Shown: positions 1-10,025, numbered from the stretch's first letter. The stretch: DNA of 32,000 bases from Demequinaceae bacterium (GCA_965250005.1 OZ252279.1:30001-62000), one strand, 5' to 3'. Numbers and translations: made by a program. The notes: generated from the sequence alone by a model not told the origin.

Positions 1-207
1 CGCATCAAGGTTGCCGTGCACAGTGACCGTCGCGAGGTCGTGATAGTCGAGCCCGGCGCGAATGAGCCGGGGTTCGTCCAGCTCAAACCCCAAGGGCTCG
101 ATCAGGTGCAGTTGCGCGCCTGTGACAGCCGAGAGCCTGATCGCATTCCCCGTGTTCTGCGGGATGCGCGGCTCGTAGAAGGCGATCGAAGGAACGTCGG
201 CGGGCAT
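1..207 (-). CDS. trmL: tRNA (cytidine(34)-2'-O)-methyltransferase (SPOUT family), N-terminal 69 codons; runs off the window edge
   Basis: My minus-strand translation from ATG at 207..205: [69 protein letters not shown]. It has the TrmL-type YEPxIPxNTGNxIRL...LHLIEPLGF...RAGLDYH signature. Absent from the ORF track because it is open at the edge. Confidence 0.9.
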   Translation of the reverse strand, partial: MPADVPSIAFYEPRIPQNTGNAIRLSAVTGAQLHLIEPLGFELDEPRLIRAGLDYHDLATVTVHGNLDA

Positions 208-333
208 GGCGCTAGTTTGCCACGGCGCCCGCCTGCCGCCGCGTCGCTTGACACCCGCGGCACGCGTGATAACTTGTTAGTTGGCTAACGAACGAAAGAA
301 CGCGGACAGATCCGCGCCAGGCAGGAAGCAACA

Positions 334-1023
334 ATGAAGACCCAAGACAACACTGGGGCGCACGCCCCACAACCGGGCGAGGAGAACCTCGTCCGCGCCA
401 TGGCAGGCACCGCTCACGCGATGCGCCGCTACCTTGAGACCACCCTCGGCGACGTACCCGGAGGCATGAGCGCCTGGGCCGTGCTCCGCACCGTTCACCG
501 CTGCGGCCCGACTACACAGGCCGACCTCGCCCGCTGGATGGGCATCGCGGGCTCAACGCTCACACGCCGCCTCGACCAGATGGAAGATGACGAACTCATC
601 GCTCGCGCCGACGACCCGGAGGACGGCCGCCGCATCATCGTGCGCCTGACGGACAAAGCCGAGCAGCTCATCGCCGCCCAGCACACGCGAATGCAGGCAG
701 AGACCGACCGCCTCACCGCGGGAGCAGCCGCCCACGACCTCGACGCCGTCGCCCGCGTGATCGCGAAGATTCGCGAAAACCTTGTCGAACTCGGCGCCGA
801 TCTGCACTCGCACGACGGCGGACGTGGTCGTGGCCGCGGGCGCGGCGGACTCGGCGGTGGCAGAGGGACAGGCGGCCGACGCGGGCGCGGCTCGCGCGGC
901 CGAGGCTCCCTGGGCGCTGGCGACCACGGCGACCACAGCGCCCCCGGTGACCACAGCGAAAACTCGGATGATAACCACAACCACCGCCCCCACTGGCGCG
1001 GCCCACGAGAGGGTTCCGAATGA
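334..1023 (+). CDS. MarR family transcriptional regulator with Gly/Arg/His-rich C-terminal tail
   Basis: 229 aa; winged-helix core (TTQADLARWMGIAGSTLTRRLDQMEDDELIARADDPEDGRRIIVRLTDKAEQL); stop overlaps the start of the downstream ABC exporter gene. Confidence 0.88.
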   Translation: MKTQDNTGAHAPQPGEENLVRAMAGTAHAMRRYLETTLGDVPGGMSAWAVLRTVHRCGPTTQADLARWMGIAGSTLTRRLDQMEDDELIARADDPEDGRRIIVRLTDKAEQLIAAQHTRMQAETDRLTAGAAAHDLDAVARVIAKIRENLVELGADLHSHDGGRGRGRGRGGLGGGRGTGGRRGRGSRGRGSLGAGDHGDHSAPGDHSENSDDNHNHRPHWRGPREGSE

Positions 1024-3011
1024 GCTTCCACGGCGGCGGCAGCCACCCACCACCCGCGAGCCGCCCGGCGCGCGGCAAGGACGAGGCAAGCAAGGGAGGC
1101 GGCCCGCGCTGGGGCGTGGATATCAAGGCGCAGCGGCGCGAGAACGCCGAGGCGCCCAACATCCCGCACCTGTGGCGACGCGTCGGCGCGCTGTTCCGCG
1201 ACTACCGCGGGCGACTGCTCGCCACCGCGATCCTCGTCGTGGCAAGCGCAGTCGTCGGCATCATCCCGCCGCTGCTCATCCAGCGCATCTTCGACGACGC
1301 CCTCTTCCCGGCAGACGCATTCGGCCCCAATCTGCGGCTGCTCTCATCGCTGGTCGCGCTCGCTATCGGGCTCTTCATTGCGTCGGCACTCCTGGGCGTG
1401 TGGCAAACCTTCCTCACGTCAAAGGTGGGCAACCGCGTCGCGGGCGACCTGCGCGAGAATCTGTTTGTGCGGCTCCAGGGTATGGACCTCGCGTTCTTCA
1501 CGCGCACCAAAACCGGCGTCATCCAGTCGCGGCTACAGAACGACGTGGGCGGCGTTTCGGGCGTGCTCACCAGCACGGTTACCAACATCGTCGGCAACTC
1601 CGTGACGGTGCTCGCGAGCCTCGCCGCGATGATCGTGCTCGACTGGCGCCTCACGGTGATTGCCGTAATCGTCATGCCCGCGCTAGTGGTGGTGCAGCGG
1701 CGCGTGGGCCAGGTGCGCGCGCGCATCGCCTCCGCAACTCAGGAGTCGCTCAGCGAACTCACCGCCATCACGCAGGAGACCCTGAGCGTCTCCGGAATCC
1801 TCCTGTCCAAGTCGTTCAACCGCCAGGGCCTCGAGACCGAGCGCTACGCCACCGAGAATCGCAACCAGATCAGCCTCCAGGTTCGCCAGGCCATGAGCGG
1901 CCAGTGGTTCTTCGCGATGGTCATGTCCATCATGTCGAGCGTTCCCGCGGTCATATACCTTGCCGCAGGATTCTTCATCTCGCGCGACCTCGACAACGCA
2001 GGGATCTTCGCGGAGGGCGTGGCGAGCGACGCCTCCAGCTCGGTGGTGGTCGGGGGGCTCACCGCCGGGACCATCGTCGCCTTCACGGCCATCCAGGGCA
2101 GGTTGATCTTCCCGCTCATGGGCCTCATGCGCGTGGCGCTCGACGTGCAGACCTCGCGCGCCCTTTTCGCGCGGATCTTTGAGTACATGGACCTGGTCCC
2201 CAGCATCGCTGACGCGCCCGACGCCAAGACAATCGCCGACGCGCCCGGCCCCGTTGGCCAAGTGGAATTCCGCGACGTCACGTTCAAGTACCCGGACGCG
2301 AGCAAGAGCTCCAAGGCCACACTTTCCAAGGTGTCATTCGTTGCGGAGCCCGGGCAGCGCATCGCGTTCGTGGGGCCCAGCGGCGCAGGCAAGACCACCG
2401 TCCTCTACCTCGCGCCACGCCTCCACGAGGCGTCCGGCGGCTCGGTGATGTTCTCTGGCGCCGACGTCCGCGAACTCACGCACCAGAGCGTTATCGAGAA
2501 CATCGGGATCGTCAGCCAGGAGACTTACCTGTTCCACGCGACTATCGCGGAAAACCTCAGGTACGCCAAGCCAGACGCCACTGACGACGAGCTGATTGCT
2601 GCCTGCAAGGGCGCCAACATTCACAAGGCGATCATGAGTTTTGACGACGGCTACGACACGGTGGTGGGCGAGCGCGGCTACCGGCTCTCGGGCGGAGAGA
2701 AGCAGCGCGTCGCGATCGCGCGCGTGCTGCTCAAGGACCCACCCGTGCTGTTGCTGGACGAGGCGACGTCATCGCTCGACACCGTCTCTGAAAAGGTGGT
2801 GCAGTCTGCCCTCGACCGTGCGTCGCGCGGGCGGACCACCATCACCGTGGCGCACCGGCTCAGCACCATCGTGGATGCGGACATGATCCATGTGGTGGAT
2901 GCGGGCGCGATCGTTGAGTCCGGAACGCACGCCCAACTGATGCGCAAGCGCGGCGTCTACGCGGAGCTCGCGGCCCAGCAGGTGGACAGCGCCAATCACG
3001 CGGAGGGCTAG
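1020..3011 (+). CDS. ABC transporter, fused permease/ATP-binding (multidrug exporter type)
   Basis: 663 aa; ABC exporter TM domain, Walker A GPSGAGKTT, signature LSGGEKQRVAIARVLL, Walker B VLLLDEATSSLD; ATGA overlap with the MarR gene. Confidence 0.95.
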   Translation: MSFHGGGSHPPPASRPARGKDEASKGGGPRWGVDIKAQRRENAEAPNIPHLWRRVGALFRDYRGRLLATAILVVASAVVGIIPPLLIQRIFDDALFPADAFGPNLRLLSSLVALAIGLFIASALLGVWQTFLTSKVGNRVAGDLRENLFVRLQGMDLAFFTRTKTGVIQSRLQNDVGGVSGVLTSTVTNIVGNSVTVLASLAAMIVLDWRLTVIAVIVMPALVVVQRRVGQVRARIASATQESLSELTAITQETLSVSGILLSKSFNRQGLETERYATENRNQISLQVRQAMSGQWFFAMVMSIMSSVPAVIYLAAGFFISRDLDNAGIFAEGVASDASSSVVVGGLTAGTIVAFTAIQGRLIFPLMGLMRVALDVQTSRALFARIFEYMDLVPSIADAPDAKTIADAPGPVGQVEFRDVTFKYPDASKSSKATLSKVSFVAEPGQRIAFVGPSGAGKTTVLYLAPRLHEASGGSVMFSGADVRELTHQSVIENIGIVSQETYLFHATIAENLRYAKPDATDDELIAACKGANIHKAIMSFDDGYDTVVGERGYRLSGGEKQRVAIARVLLKDPPVLLLDEATSSLDTVSEKVVQSALDRASRGRTTITVAHRLSTIVDADMIHVVDAGAIVESGTHAQLMRKRGVYAELAAQQVDSANHAEG

Positions 3012-3063
3012 CCAAACCAACTAAACGCGAGCGCCTCCAGCGTCGAACTGATTCAATGGCAAC

Positions 3064-3660
3064 ATGCCGATGACGTCAGACTCCAGCTACTTCGCTAGCC
3101 CCGGCCACCTTTACAAGGCCAACATCATTTTCGCAGGAGTGGTAGTTCTTCTCATTCCGACGGCTCTCGCTTTCCAAGCGATCGAGTGGGGGAGTCTCGT
3201 CCTTGTTCCGATCGTCTGGGTGGTTGTTTCATACGTCGTCCGCGCCGCAATGGCGGGGGTCGAAGTCTCCGCGGAATCGGTCACTGTTCGCGGGTTGGTC
3301 TTCAAGTACTCCATCCCGTTGGAGGCGGTGGAGTGGGTCGAAATCCATCCGAATTCGCACATCATCGCCATCACCCATTCGGGATCCAAGCGTTCAGTCT
3401 TTACGTACGGGGCAAAGTTCGTTTTGGGGGCAGGGCGGAAGCGGATCGAAGACTTCGCCGACTATCTCGAACCGCGGGTCGCGGACGGGAACGTCTACGT
3501 TGTGGTGCTTCCACTGTCGAAGTACGCCTTGGGCAAGCGCGCGCCCGGTGTTGGCCGCAAGGTTTGGGCGCCGATGCCGATCGAGTACGTGCTGTGGGGC
3601 GTTTTGGGCGGGCTCACGGCCCTCGCCGTCCTCGCGACCCTACTCCTACCGGCTACCTAG
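3064..3660 (+). CDS. Hypothetical membrane protein, possibly PH-like domain
   Basis: 198 aa; two hydrophobic helices near the N-terminus, one near the C-terminus, beta-rich middle segment. Confidence 0.7.
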   Translation: MPMTSDSSYFASPGHLYKANIIFAGVVVLLIPTALAFQAIEWGSLVLVPIVWVVVSYVVRAAMAGVEVSAESVTVRGLVFKYSIPLEAVEWVEIHPNSHIIAITHSGSKRSVFTYGAKFVLGAGRKRIEDFADYLEPRVADGNVYVVVLPLSKYALGKRAPGVGRKVWAPMPIEYVLWGVLGGLTALAVLATLLLPAT

Positions 3661-3685
3661 CGACGCGGGCGAGATCGCCCGCAAT

Positions 3686-4027
3686 CTACGAGCGGGCTAG
3701 TTCGACGCCCTCGCGCATCAGCGCGGCCCACTGACCTACGTGCTGGTGCGGGACCGCGACCCACGCGCGGAACACCTTCTTGGCGGGGGCGAACGGCTGG
3801 CCCACGCCGGCGGCGATCAACTGGTTGACGCGCGCCTCGTCGAGCTTCACGATGAGCGCCTCCTCCTTGCCGTAGTACATGGCGAGGAATTCGCCATCCA
3901 CGCGCATGCAGCGGCCGCCCATGAGGGTGCCCTCCGCCACGCCCGGGTCGCCGTCAGCCAACGCGCCTGCGAGTTCCCAGAACTCGGTGGCCCGCGCGTC
4001 TAGCTCTGCGTCCTGTTGAGGAGCCAT
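3686..4027 (-). CDS. TfoX/MmcQ-YjbR-like small protein
   Basis: Most plausible start is ATG at 4027..4025 (MAPQQDAELDARATEFWELAGALADG...GRCMRVDGEFLAMYYGKEEALIVKL...). The longer ORF to 4588 is out-of-frame read-through over the upstream gene. Confidence 0.65.
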   Translation of the reverse strand: MAPQQDAELDARATEFWELAGALADGDPGVAEGTLMGGRCMRVDGEFLAMYYGKEEALIVKLDEARVNQLIAAGVGQPFAPAKKVFRAWVAVPHQHVGQWAALMREGVELARS

Positions 4028-4674
4028 TTGTGTACCTCCGTCAGCTCGGTAAGTTGGTCCACCATCCAGGTGGCGAAGTCCGGGGAGCGGACGTCCGGCT
4101 CGGAGTCTGCGACAAAGCGCACCTGAAAATTCTTGTGCTTGAGCAGCTCGCGCACAGGCGAGTCCGCGGGGACGTCGACTGCCGGGTTCTTGAGCTTGGG
4201 CGCAGCGATCTCCATTTTGACCCGCGTGCCGAGTCCGTCGAGCGCGGCGACCAGGTCCAGGCCGTTGGGCGAGGTAAGCGCCGCGCGCCAAATCTTCAGA
4301 CCCTCGGGTGTGAACCCGACGCCGGTGGCAAACCCGATGCCGTCGGAGGAGATCCGCGCGCGCAACGTGGGCGCCGTCTTCTTGTCTAGGCCGTCCCAGA
4401 AGCTCAGCAGGATGTGGTCCTTGTACGGGGGTGTGCCCTCGGGCGCGAACCGCAGGTCCCTGTGGATGGGGGAGATCGATCCGGGCGCGCGCGACACGTA
4501 CTTGATCTTGCGAGAGATGCGTTTGCCGATCATCGGCCCGATGGTGTCCACCAGGTCCCGCGTTGGCCGCAGCAACTCCTTCTCCCACTCCGCCTGCAGT
4601 TCGCGGAAGCCTTCCTTGGTCGACGCGCCGATCTGATCCAGAAGATCGAGCCCGTTGGGGTAGCCGCTAAACAT
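4000..4674 (-). CDS. DUF2461-like protein
   Basis: Start at ATG 4674..4672 (MFSGYPNGLDLLDQIGASTKEGFRELQAEWEKELLRPTRDLVDTIGPMI...SRAPGSISPIHRDLRFAPEGTPPYKDHILLSFW); family assigned from recall. Overlaps the downstream gene start. Confidence 0.7.
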   Translation of the reverse strand: MFSGYPNGLDLLDQIGASTKEGFRELQAEWEKELLRPTRDLVDTIGPMIGKRISRKIKYVSRAPGSISPIHRDLRFAPEGTPPYKDHILLSFWDGLDKKTAPTLRARISSDGIGFATGVGFTPEGLKIWRAALTSPNGLDLVAALDGLGTRVKMEIAAPKLKNPAVDVPADSPVRELLKHKNFQVRFVADSEPDVRSPDFATWMVDQLTELTEVHKWLLNRTQS

Positions 4675-4772
4675 TGTCAGGAGTCTCCTTGCCCGTAGTA
4701 ACAAAACGATACGCGCCCGAGGGTCGCGACAACCTCATGGCGGGGTTCGAGCCGTTCTCGATGCTGTGTTCG

Positions 4773-6755
4773 CTACCAGATGGAGACGCGGTCCTCTGGT
4801 TCCAGCCACAGCGCGTCGTCCGGGCCAACGCCAAAAGCGTCGTACCAGGAGTCCATATTCCGGACGACGCCGTTAATGCGGAACTCCTCCGGAGAGTGCG
4901 GGTCGGTCGCGATCTGCGTGCGGAGTGCCTCGTCGCGGCGCTTGGTCTGCTCGGTCGCGGCGTAGCCAAGGAAGTACCGCTGGATCGCCGTGAAACCAGC
5001 GAGCTCGGGCCCCGCAGAGATGTCGCCGCCGAGCGCAATCTCGTAGGCGCGCAGCGAGATCTCCACGCCGGCAAGATCGCCGATGTTCTCTCCAACGGTA
5101 AGCGCGCCGTTGACGGTGTGCTCGCTGGGGCCGTCGGGGCCAGCCAGTTGGGCGGGCGAATAGCCGTTGTACTGGTCGATGAGTTTTTCTGCGCGCTTGG
5201 TGAACTCGGCGCGATCAGCTTCCGTCCACCAGTCGCTCAGTTTGCCAGTGCCGTCGTACTTGGAACCTTGGTCGTCGAAGCCATGGCCTATCTCGTGCCC
5301 GATGACCGAGCCGATCGCGCCGTAGTTGACCGCTGCGTCTGCGTCCACGTCGAAGAACGGCGGCTGCAGGATCGCGGCCGGGAACACAATCTCGTTCGCC
5401 ACGGGCAGGTAGTAGGCGTTCACGGTTTGTGGTGTCATGAGCCACTCGGAGCGGTCCACAGGCTTGCCGATCTTGCTCCATTCCCAGTCGTCGTCGAACG
5501 CCGAGGCGGCACGCACGTTGCCCATCAGGTCGTCTGCGGTCAGCTCGAGCGCGGAGTAGTCGCGCCACTTGTCGGGGTACCCGACCTTGGGGGTGAACTG
5601 ATCGAGCTTGGCTAGCGCCTTCGCCTGCGTTTCGGCTGTCATCCAGTCGAGGCTCGTGATGGAGGCGCGGTAGGCCTCGATCAGGTTGCCCACGAGTGCG
5701 TCCATCGCGGCCTTGTGGGTGGGCGGGAAGTGGCGCTCGATGTAGACCTGCGCGACCACCTCGCCAACCACGCCCTCGACAAGGCCGACGCCGCGCTTCC
5801 AGCGGTCGCGCTGTTCGGGAGCGCCGGAGAGGACGGTGCCATAGAAGTCAAAGTTGGCTCGCGAAATCTCCTCGGTCAGGTAAGCTGCTCGCGCGCTCAC
5901 CACCCGCCAGCGCATCCACGCGCACCATTCCACCGCTTCGATCTCGTGCCAGAAGTTCGAGATCGCTTCGAAGAAGGACGGTTCAGCGACAACAAGTAGA
6001 TCGTGTGCGGCCTCCGGAATCTCGATCGCGTCCGCCCACACGCGCCAAGGGAAGCCGGGCGCGGACTCCTCAAGCTTGGCGAGCGTCGTGGGGTTGTACG
6101 TCAGGTCCGCCTCGCGCGTTTTGACGATGTCCCAATGGTGCTTCGCGATCGCGGTCTCGATGGCCATCACCACCTCGCCAGAAAAGCCGGGCTGGCCACC
6201 GAACTCCGCATCCGTCAGATCAGCCATGCGGTCGACGTGCTTGACAAACTTGTCGCGCGTCTCCGCAAACGCGTCCTCGCGATAATAACTCTCGTCAGGC
6301 AGGCTCAGCCCGCTCTGTCCCAGGTACACCACGTTGCGATCGGGATCGTCGGCGTCAGCAAAGACGTAGTAGCCCGCGAGGCCGCCGATGCCGGACCGCT
6401 GCAACTGGCCCAGGATCCGAGCGCCATCCTCAGAGTTCCCGCTCTCGTTGATGAGGTTCAGCTCCAGGGCGAGCGGGCGGACGCCCAGTGTGTTCGCGGC
6501 GTCTGTGTTCATGAAACTCGAATAGAGCGCACCGATCTGAGTGTCGGCAGAGGCTTCCTCGATGATCTTGCGCACCTGGAGTTCCGCGTCGTCGCGAAGC
6601 TTGTGGAACGAGCCGTCCGCGGCGCGGTCTGCCGGGATCTCGTGGGTCTCAAGCCAAGGGCCGTTGACGTATCGAAAGAAGTCGTCCCCTGCCTTGACGG
6701 TGGGAGAAAACGTGGACGCGTCGATGCCGCTGCGGGGCTCTTTGCTCGGTGCCAT
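4773..6755 (-). CDS. M13 family zinc metallopeptidase (neprilysin/PepO-like)
   Basis: 660 aa; VNAYYLPVANEIVFPAAILQPPFFD, GSVIGHEIGHGFDDQG (HExxH), C-terminal VDAFGVGPDDALWLEPEDRVSIW. Confidence 0.95.
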   Translation of the reverse strand: MAPSKEPRSGIDASTFSPTVKAGDDFFRYVNGPWLETHEIPADRAADGSFHKLRDDAELQVRKIIEEASADTQIGALYSSFMNTDAANTLGVRPLALELNLINESGNSEDGARILGQLQRSGIGGLAGYYVFADADDPDRNVVYLGQSGLSLPDESYYREDAFAETRDKFVKHVDRMADLTDAEFGGQPGFSGEVVMAIETAIAKHHWDIVKTREADLTYNPTTLAKLEESAPGFPWRVWADAIEIPEAAHDLLVVAEPSFFEAISNFWHEIEAVEWCAWMRWRVVSARAAYLTEEISRANFDFYGTVLSGAPEQRDRWKRGVGLVEGVVGEVVAQVYIERHFPPTHKAAMDALVGNLIEAYRASITSLDWMTAETQAKALAKLDQFTPKVGYPDKWRDYSALELTADDLMGNVRAASAFDDDWEWSKIGKPVDRSEWLMTPQTVNAYYLPVANEIVFPAAILQPPFFDVDADAAVNYGAIGSVIGHEIGHGFDDQGSKYDGTGKLSDWWTEADRAEFTKRAEKLIDQYNGYSPAQLAGPDGPSEHTVNGALTVGENIGDLAGVEISLRAYEIALGGDISAGPELAGFTAIQRYFLGYAATEQTKRRDEALRTQIATDPHSPEEFRINGVVRNMDSWYDAFGVGPDDALWLEPEDRVSIW

Positions 6756-6812
6756 GCGGTCAGCCTAACCCCGCGGCGCCGCGTATCTGCGGCGACTGGC
6801 AGAATGGAAGCT

Positions 6813-7271
6813 ATGCGCATTCACATCGCCGCCGACCACGCCGGATTCGAACTCAAGCAACTCCTCATCGAGCACCTCGGGGCCGACGGCCACGACGTGA
6901 CCGACCACGGTGCGTTTGAGTTCGACGCGGCCGACGACTACCCAGAGTTTTGCTTTGAAGCAGGCGAGGCGGTCGTGGCCGACGAAGGCTCGCTCGGCAT
7001 CGTCCTAGGCGGCTCTGGCAACGGCGAGCAGATCGCCGCGAACAAGGTTGCCGGCGTCCGGGCCGCGCTTGCGTGGAATGAGGAGACGGCCCGGCTTGGC
7101 CGCGCGCACAACAACGCGAACGTGATCTCGGTTGGCTGGCGTCAGCACTCGCTCGAGGAGTCCATCGCGATCATCCACGCGTTCCTCGACGAGCCCTTCA
7201 GCGACGAGGAGCGGCACGCGCGACGCATCCAGCAGCTCTCGGATTACGAGACGCGCGGAATTGGCGAATAG
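6813..7271 (+). CDS. rpiB: Ribose-5-phosphate isomerase B
   Basis: MRIHIAADHAGFELKQLLIEHL...DYPEFC...GIVLGGSGNGEQIAANKVAGVRAALAWNEETARLGRAHNNANVISVGWRQH; RpiB/LacAB family. A second in-frame ATG lies at 6804. Confidence 0.93.
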   Translation: MRIHIAADHAGFELKQLLIEHLGADGHDVTDHGAFEFDAADDYPEFCFEAGEAVVADEGSLGIVLGGSGNGEQIAANKVAGVRAALAWNEETARLGRAHNNANVISVGWRQHSLEESIAIIHAFLDEPFSDEERHARRIQQLSDYETRGIGE

Positions 7272-7403
7272 CGCCGCAACCCTGTGGCGCCCGCGAGGCG
7301 CCTCGAACACGAACCAATGGCAGGCGCGACTTCGCCTAGCACGGCGTTCGGCTCCGCCACGGCGGGCCAGTAACCGACACTAGATACGTTGCAGTTACGA
7401 CTT

Positions 7404-8012
7404 TCAGGTCGTGGCGCGATCGAACTCAATCTTGGTCGCGAGGCGGCGGTACTCGAGCTTGATGCAGCGGTTCTGGATCACGGTCAGGCCCGCGTTGACG
7501 GCCGCGGCTGCGGCGCCCTCGTGCGTAATCCCGAGCTGCATCCACACGGACGTAGCGCCAACCGTGATCGCGTCGTCCACCACGGGCGGGACGTGCTCGG
7601 GGCGCCGGAAGATATCGACCATGTCTGGCACCACGGGCAGTTCCGCCAGCGAAGCGTAGAATGGGTGTCCTAGCGCCTGCTGGCCTGCCGCAACGGGGTT
7701 GACAAAATAGAGTTTGAAGTGAGTGTTGTCGAGTAGCCACGCTGCCACGCTGTAGCTGGTGCGCATGGGGTTTGGGGACATGCCGACCACGGCGACCGAA
7801 ACGGTTTGGGCAAGGAGCTCGGCGAGGTCATCGTCGTCGGGCGCGTGACCGGATCCCGCCGGCGACGGAACGCAAACCTCCGCCGGTAGGATCGCGGCGC
7901 CCAGCAACTCGAGTCCGGGTACAAACTGCTCGTGTTCCGTGCGAACCGGCTCTGCTGTGGTGGGGAAAGCATCGCCCGAATCGGGCGACGGCATTCCTGG
8001 AAGCGTATCCAT
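7404..8012 (-). CDS. CoA-binding (Rossmann) domain protein, YccU-like
   Basis: 202 aa; VAVVGMSPNPMRTSYSVAAWLL...YFVNP...MVDIFRRPEHVPPVVDDAITVGATSVWMQLGITHEGAAAAAVNAGLTVIQNRCIKLEYRR. The N-terminal ~70 aa may belong to an over-extended start. Confidence 0.85.
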   Translation of the reverse strand: MDTLPGMPSPDSGDAFPTTAEPVRTEHEQFVPGLELLGAAILPAEVCVPSPAGSGHAPDDDDLAELLAQTVSVAVVGMSPNPMRTSYSVAAWLLDNTHFKLYFVNPVAAGQQALGHPFYASLAELPVVPDMVDIFRRPEHVPPVVDDAITVGATSVWMQLGITHEGAAAAAVNAGLTVIQNRCIKLEYRRLATKIEFDRATT

Positions 8013-8064
8013 GGTGAGTCCAACGTACCCCGGCGCCCAGAGATTCCGTGGGACCGGGCTCCCG

Positions 8065-8298
8065 TCAGTCGCGGGCTCGCTTGTGAGACTCCCGGACGTA
8101 CTTCTTGTCGAGTATTGAGATCCGCTCGACCATCAGCAATCGCAGGTCCTTCGCGATCAGATCGCCAAGGGCGTCGTCGCTAATCTCGCGGCCGGGAATG
8201 TCGAGGCGGAAGCCCTGCCCCTGCAGGCCGCCGCCGTTGCTGAACGTGACGTCGAAGTCGAAGACGACTCGGTTCTCGGTCACGTTCAGCCTTCGCAA
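8065..8298 (-). CDS. Small hypothetical protein downstream of cysE
   Basis: 77 aa from TTG at 8298; an internal GTG at 8283 (MTENRVVFDFDVTFSNGGGLQGQGFRLDIPG...) is an alternative start. Same strand and tight spacing with cysE. Confidence 0.6.
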   Translation of the reverse strand: MRRLNVTENRVVFDFDVTFSNGGGLQGQGFRLDIPGREISDDALGDLIAKDLRLLMVERISILDKKYVRESHKRARD

Positions 8299-8306
8299 GT
8301 TCAGGC

Positions 8307-8972
8307 TCAGATGTAATACATTGCGGGCTCGTGCGCCTCGAACACCGGCGTCCGTCCCGCGTCGGCCAGCGCCCTATCCGGGTGTATGTGAGAATCTCCC
8401 GAATCCACCGACGACGCCGCAGTCCCGGCCTCGACAGCCTTGGGGTGCTCGCGAATAACCGCAGGAATCCCGACGGCTGTTGCGCCCTCGGGGATGTCCT
8501 TCACCACCACGGAGTTAGCGCCAATGCGCGCGTCGGATCCGATGTTAACCGGACCGAGCACCTTGGCTCCGGCGCCGATGACCACGCGGTCCCCAACCGT
8601 GGGGTGACGCTTGCCTGGCGACATCGTCGTGCCGCCAAGTGTGACCTGGTGGAACAGCAGCACGTCGTCGCCAATCACCGACGTCTCGCCTACGACTACG
8701 CCCATGCCGTGGTCGATGAATACTCGGCGCCCAATGACGGCACCCGGGTGGATTTCGATGCCCGTCGCAAGCCGCGCGTGCTGAGACAGCAGGCGGCCAG
8801 GGACGCGCATTCCGTGGGTCCACAGCCAGTGTGAAACCCGGTGATACCAGAGCGCCTGGACGCCTTGATAGGACAGCAGCACCACAAAACTGGAGCGGGC
8901 CGCAGGGTCGCGCTCGCGGGCGGCGCGAACATCCTCGCGGATGCGCCCGATCACCCCTACCTTCTTGCTCAT
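8307..8972 (-). CDS. cysE: Serine O-acetyltransferase
   Basis: Left-handed beta-helix hexapeptide repeats: [46 protein letters not shown]...[25 protein letters not shown]; adjacent to cysK. Confidence 0.93.
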   Translation of the reverse strand: MSKKVGVIGRIREDVRAARERDPAARSSFVVLLSYQGVQALWYHRVSHWLWTHGMRVPGRLLSQHARLATGIEIHPGAVIGRRVFIDHGMGVVVGETSVIGDDVLLFHQVTLGGTTMSPGKRHPTVGDRVVIGAGAKVLGPVNIGSDARIGANSVVVKDIPEGATAVGIPAVIREHPKAVEAGTAASSVDSGDSHIHPDRALADAGRTPVFEAHEPAMYYI

Positions 8973-8990
8973 GACATGACTCCCGTGGTC

Positions 8991-9926
8991 CTAGTCCATC
9001 AGGTCGGCGTAAAGGACCGAGGTCAGGTAGCGCTCACCGAACGACGGGATGATGACCACGATGGTCTTGCCCTTGTTCTCGGGACGCTTGGCGACCTCGG
9101 TCGCCGCGTGGATAGCCGCGCCAGAGGAGATTCCCACGAGCAGGCCTTCTTGACGGGCTGCCGCGCGCGCGGTGGCGACGGCGGTCTCCGCGTCCACGTC
9201 GATGACCTCATCGATGACGTCGCGGTTGAGGATTTCCGGGATGAAATTGGCGCCGATGCCTTGAATCTTGTGCGGGCCAGGCTCGCCGCCGTTGAGCAGT
9301 GGGGACTCCGCAGGCTCAACCGCGATGATCTGGATGTCCTTGTTCTTCTTCTTGAGGATCTCGCTCACGCCGGTGATGGTTCCGCCGGTGCCGATGCCCG
9401 CAATGAAAATGTCCACCTTGCCGTCAGTGTCGTCCCAGATTTCGACCGCGGTGGTCTTGCGGTGAATCTCCGGGTTGGCCTCGTTGGAGAACTGGCGCGC
9501 GAGGATCGAGCCCGGGCGCTCCTCGGCGATGGTGTTGGCCGCATCGATCGCGCCCTTCATGCCGGTAGGGCCGGGGGTGAGGATGAGCTCAGCGCCGAAC
9601 GCGCGAAGCAGGGCACGCCGCTCCTTCGACATGGTCTCCGGCATGGCCAGCACCACGTTGTAGCCGCGGGCAGCACCCACCATCGCGAGCGCAATGCCGG
9701 TGTTGCCGGAGGTGGCCTCAACAATGGTGCCGCCCGGCTTGAGCGAGCCGTCCTTCTCTGCGGCGTCGACGATCGCGACACCGAGGCGGTCCTTCACGGA
9801 GCTTGCGGGATTGTAAAACTCGAGCTTGCCGAGCACAGTCGCGCCCGCGCCCTCGGTGAGTTTGTTGAGTCGCACCAGCGGGGTGTTGCCAATGAGCTTG
9901 GTGACGTCGTCGTAGATGTTTGCCAT
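8991..9926 (-). CDS. cysK: Cysteine synthase A (O-acetylserine sulfhydrylase)
   Basis: 311 aa; [25 protein letters not shown] (PLP lysine), [27 protein letters not shown]; AAGGA RBS upstream of the ATG. Confidence 0.96.
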   Translation of the reverse strand: MANIYDDVTKLIGNTPLVRLNKLTEGAGATVLGKLEFYNPASSVKDRLGVAIVDAAEKDGSLKPGGTIVEATSGNTGIALAMVGAARGYNVVLAMPETMSKERRALLRAFGAELILTPGPTGMKGAIDAANTIAEERPGSILARQFSNEANPEIHRKTTAVEIWDDTDGKVDIFIAGIGTGGTITGVSEILKKKNKDIQIIAVEPAESPLLNGGEPGPHKIQGIGANFIPEILNRDVIDEVIDVDAETAVATARAAARQEGLLVGISSGAAIHAATEVAKRPENKGKTIVVIIPSFGERYLTSVLYADLMD

Positions 9927-10008
9927 GGTCCAGTCCTTAACTGTTGTGCCGCTGTGACGTGGTGCCGCATCGGCTGTAGATGTGAAGTTCTTGCGTGAGA
10001 GCAGGGTG

Positions 10009-10025
10009 GTATCCGGTCGGGATAC
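10009..10025 (-). promoter_or_regulatory. Small hairpin in cysK 5' leader
   Basis: Inverted repeat GTATCC-ggtcg-GGATAC (6-bp stem, 5-nt loop) between the cys-uORF and the cysK start. Confidence 0.4.

Noticed and set aside
841-960. GC-rich repetitive tract as a possible DNA repeat or CRISPR-like element
   Set aside because: Irregular codon-level Gly/Arg repetition inside the marR reading frame, with no fixed repeat/spacer period.
782-2182. 466-aa plus-strand ORF overlapping the MarR and ABC exporter genes
   Set aside because: Alternate frame of two strongly supported genes; Arg/Pro-rich out-of-frame composition.
4674-5615. 313-aa plus-strand ORF opposite the M13 peptidase gene
   Set aside because: Antisense of a strongly supported peptidase gene; composition typical of spurious high-GC antisense frames.
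8841-9998. 385-aa plus-strand ORF opposite cysK
   Set aside because: Antisense to cysK; Asp/His/Arg-rich composition expected from complementary GC-rich codons.
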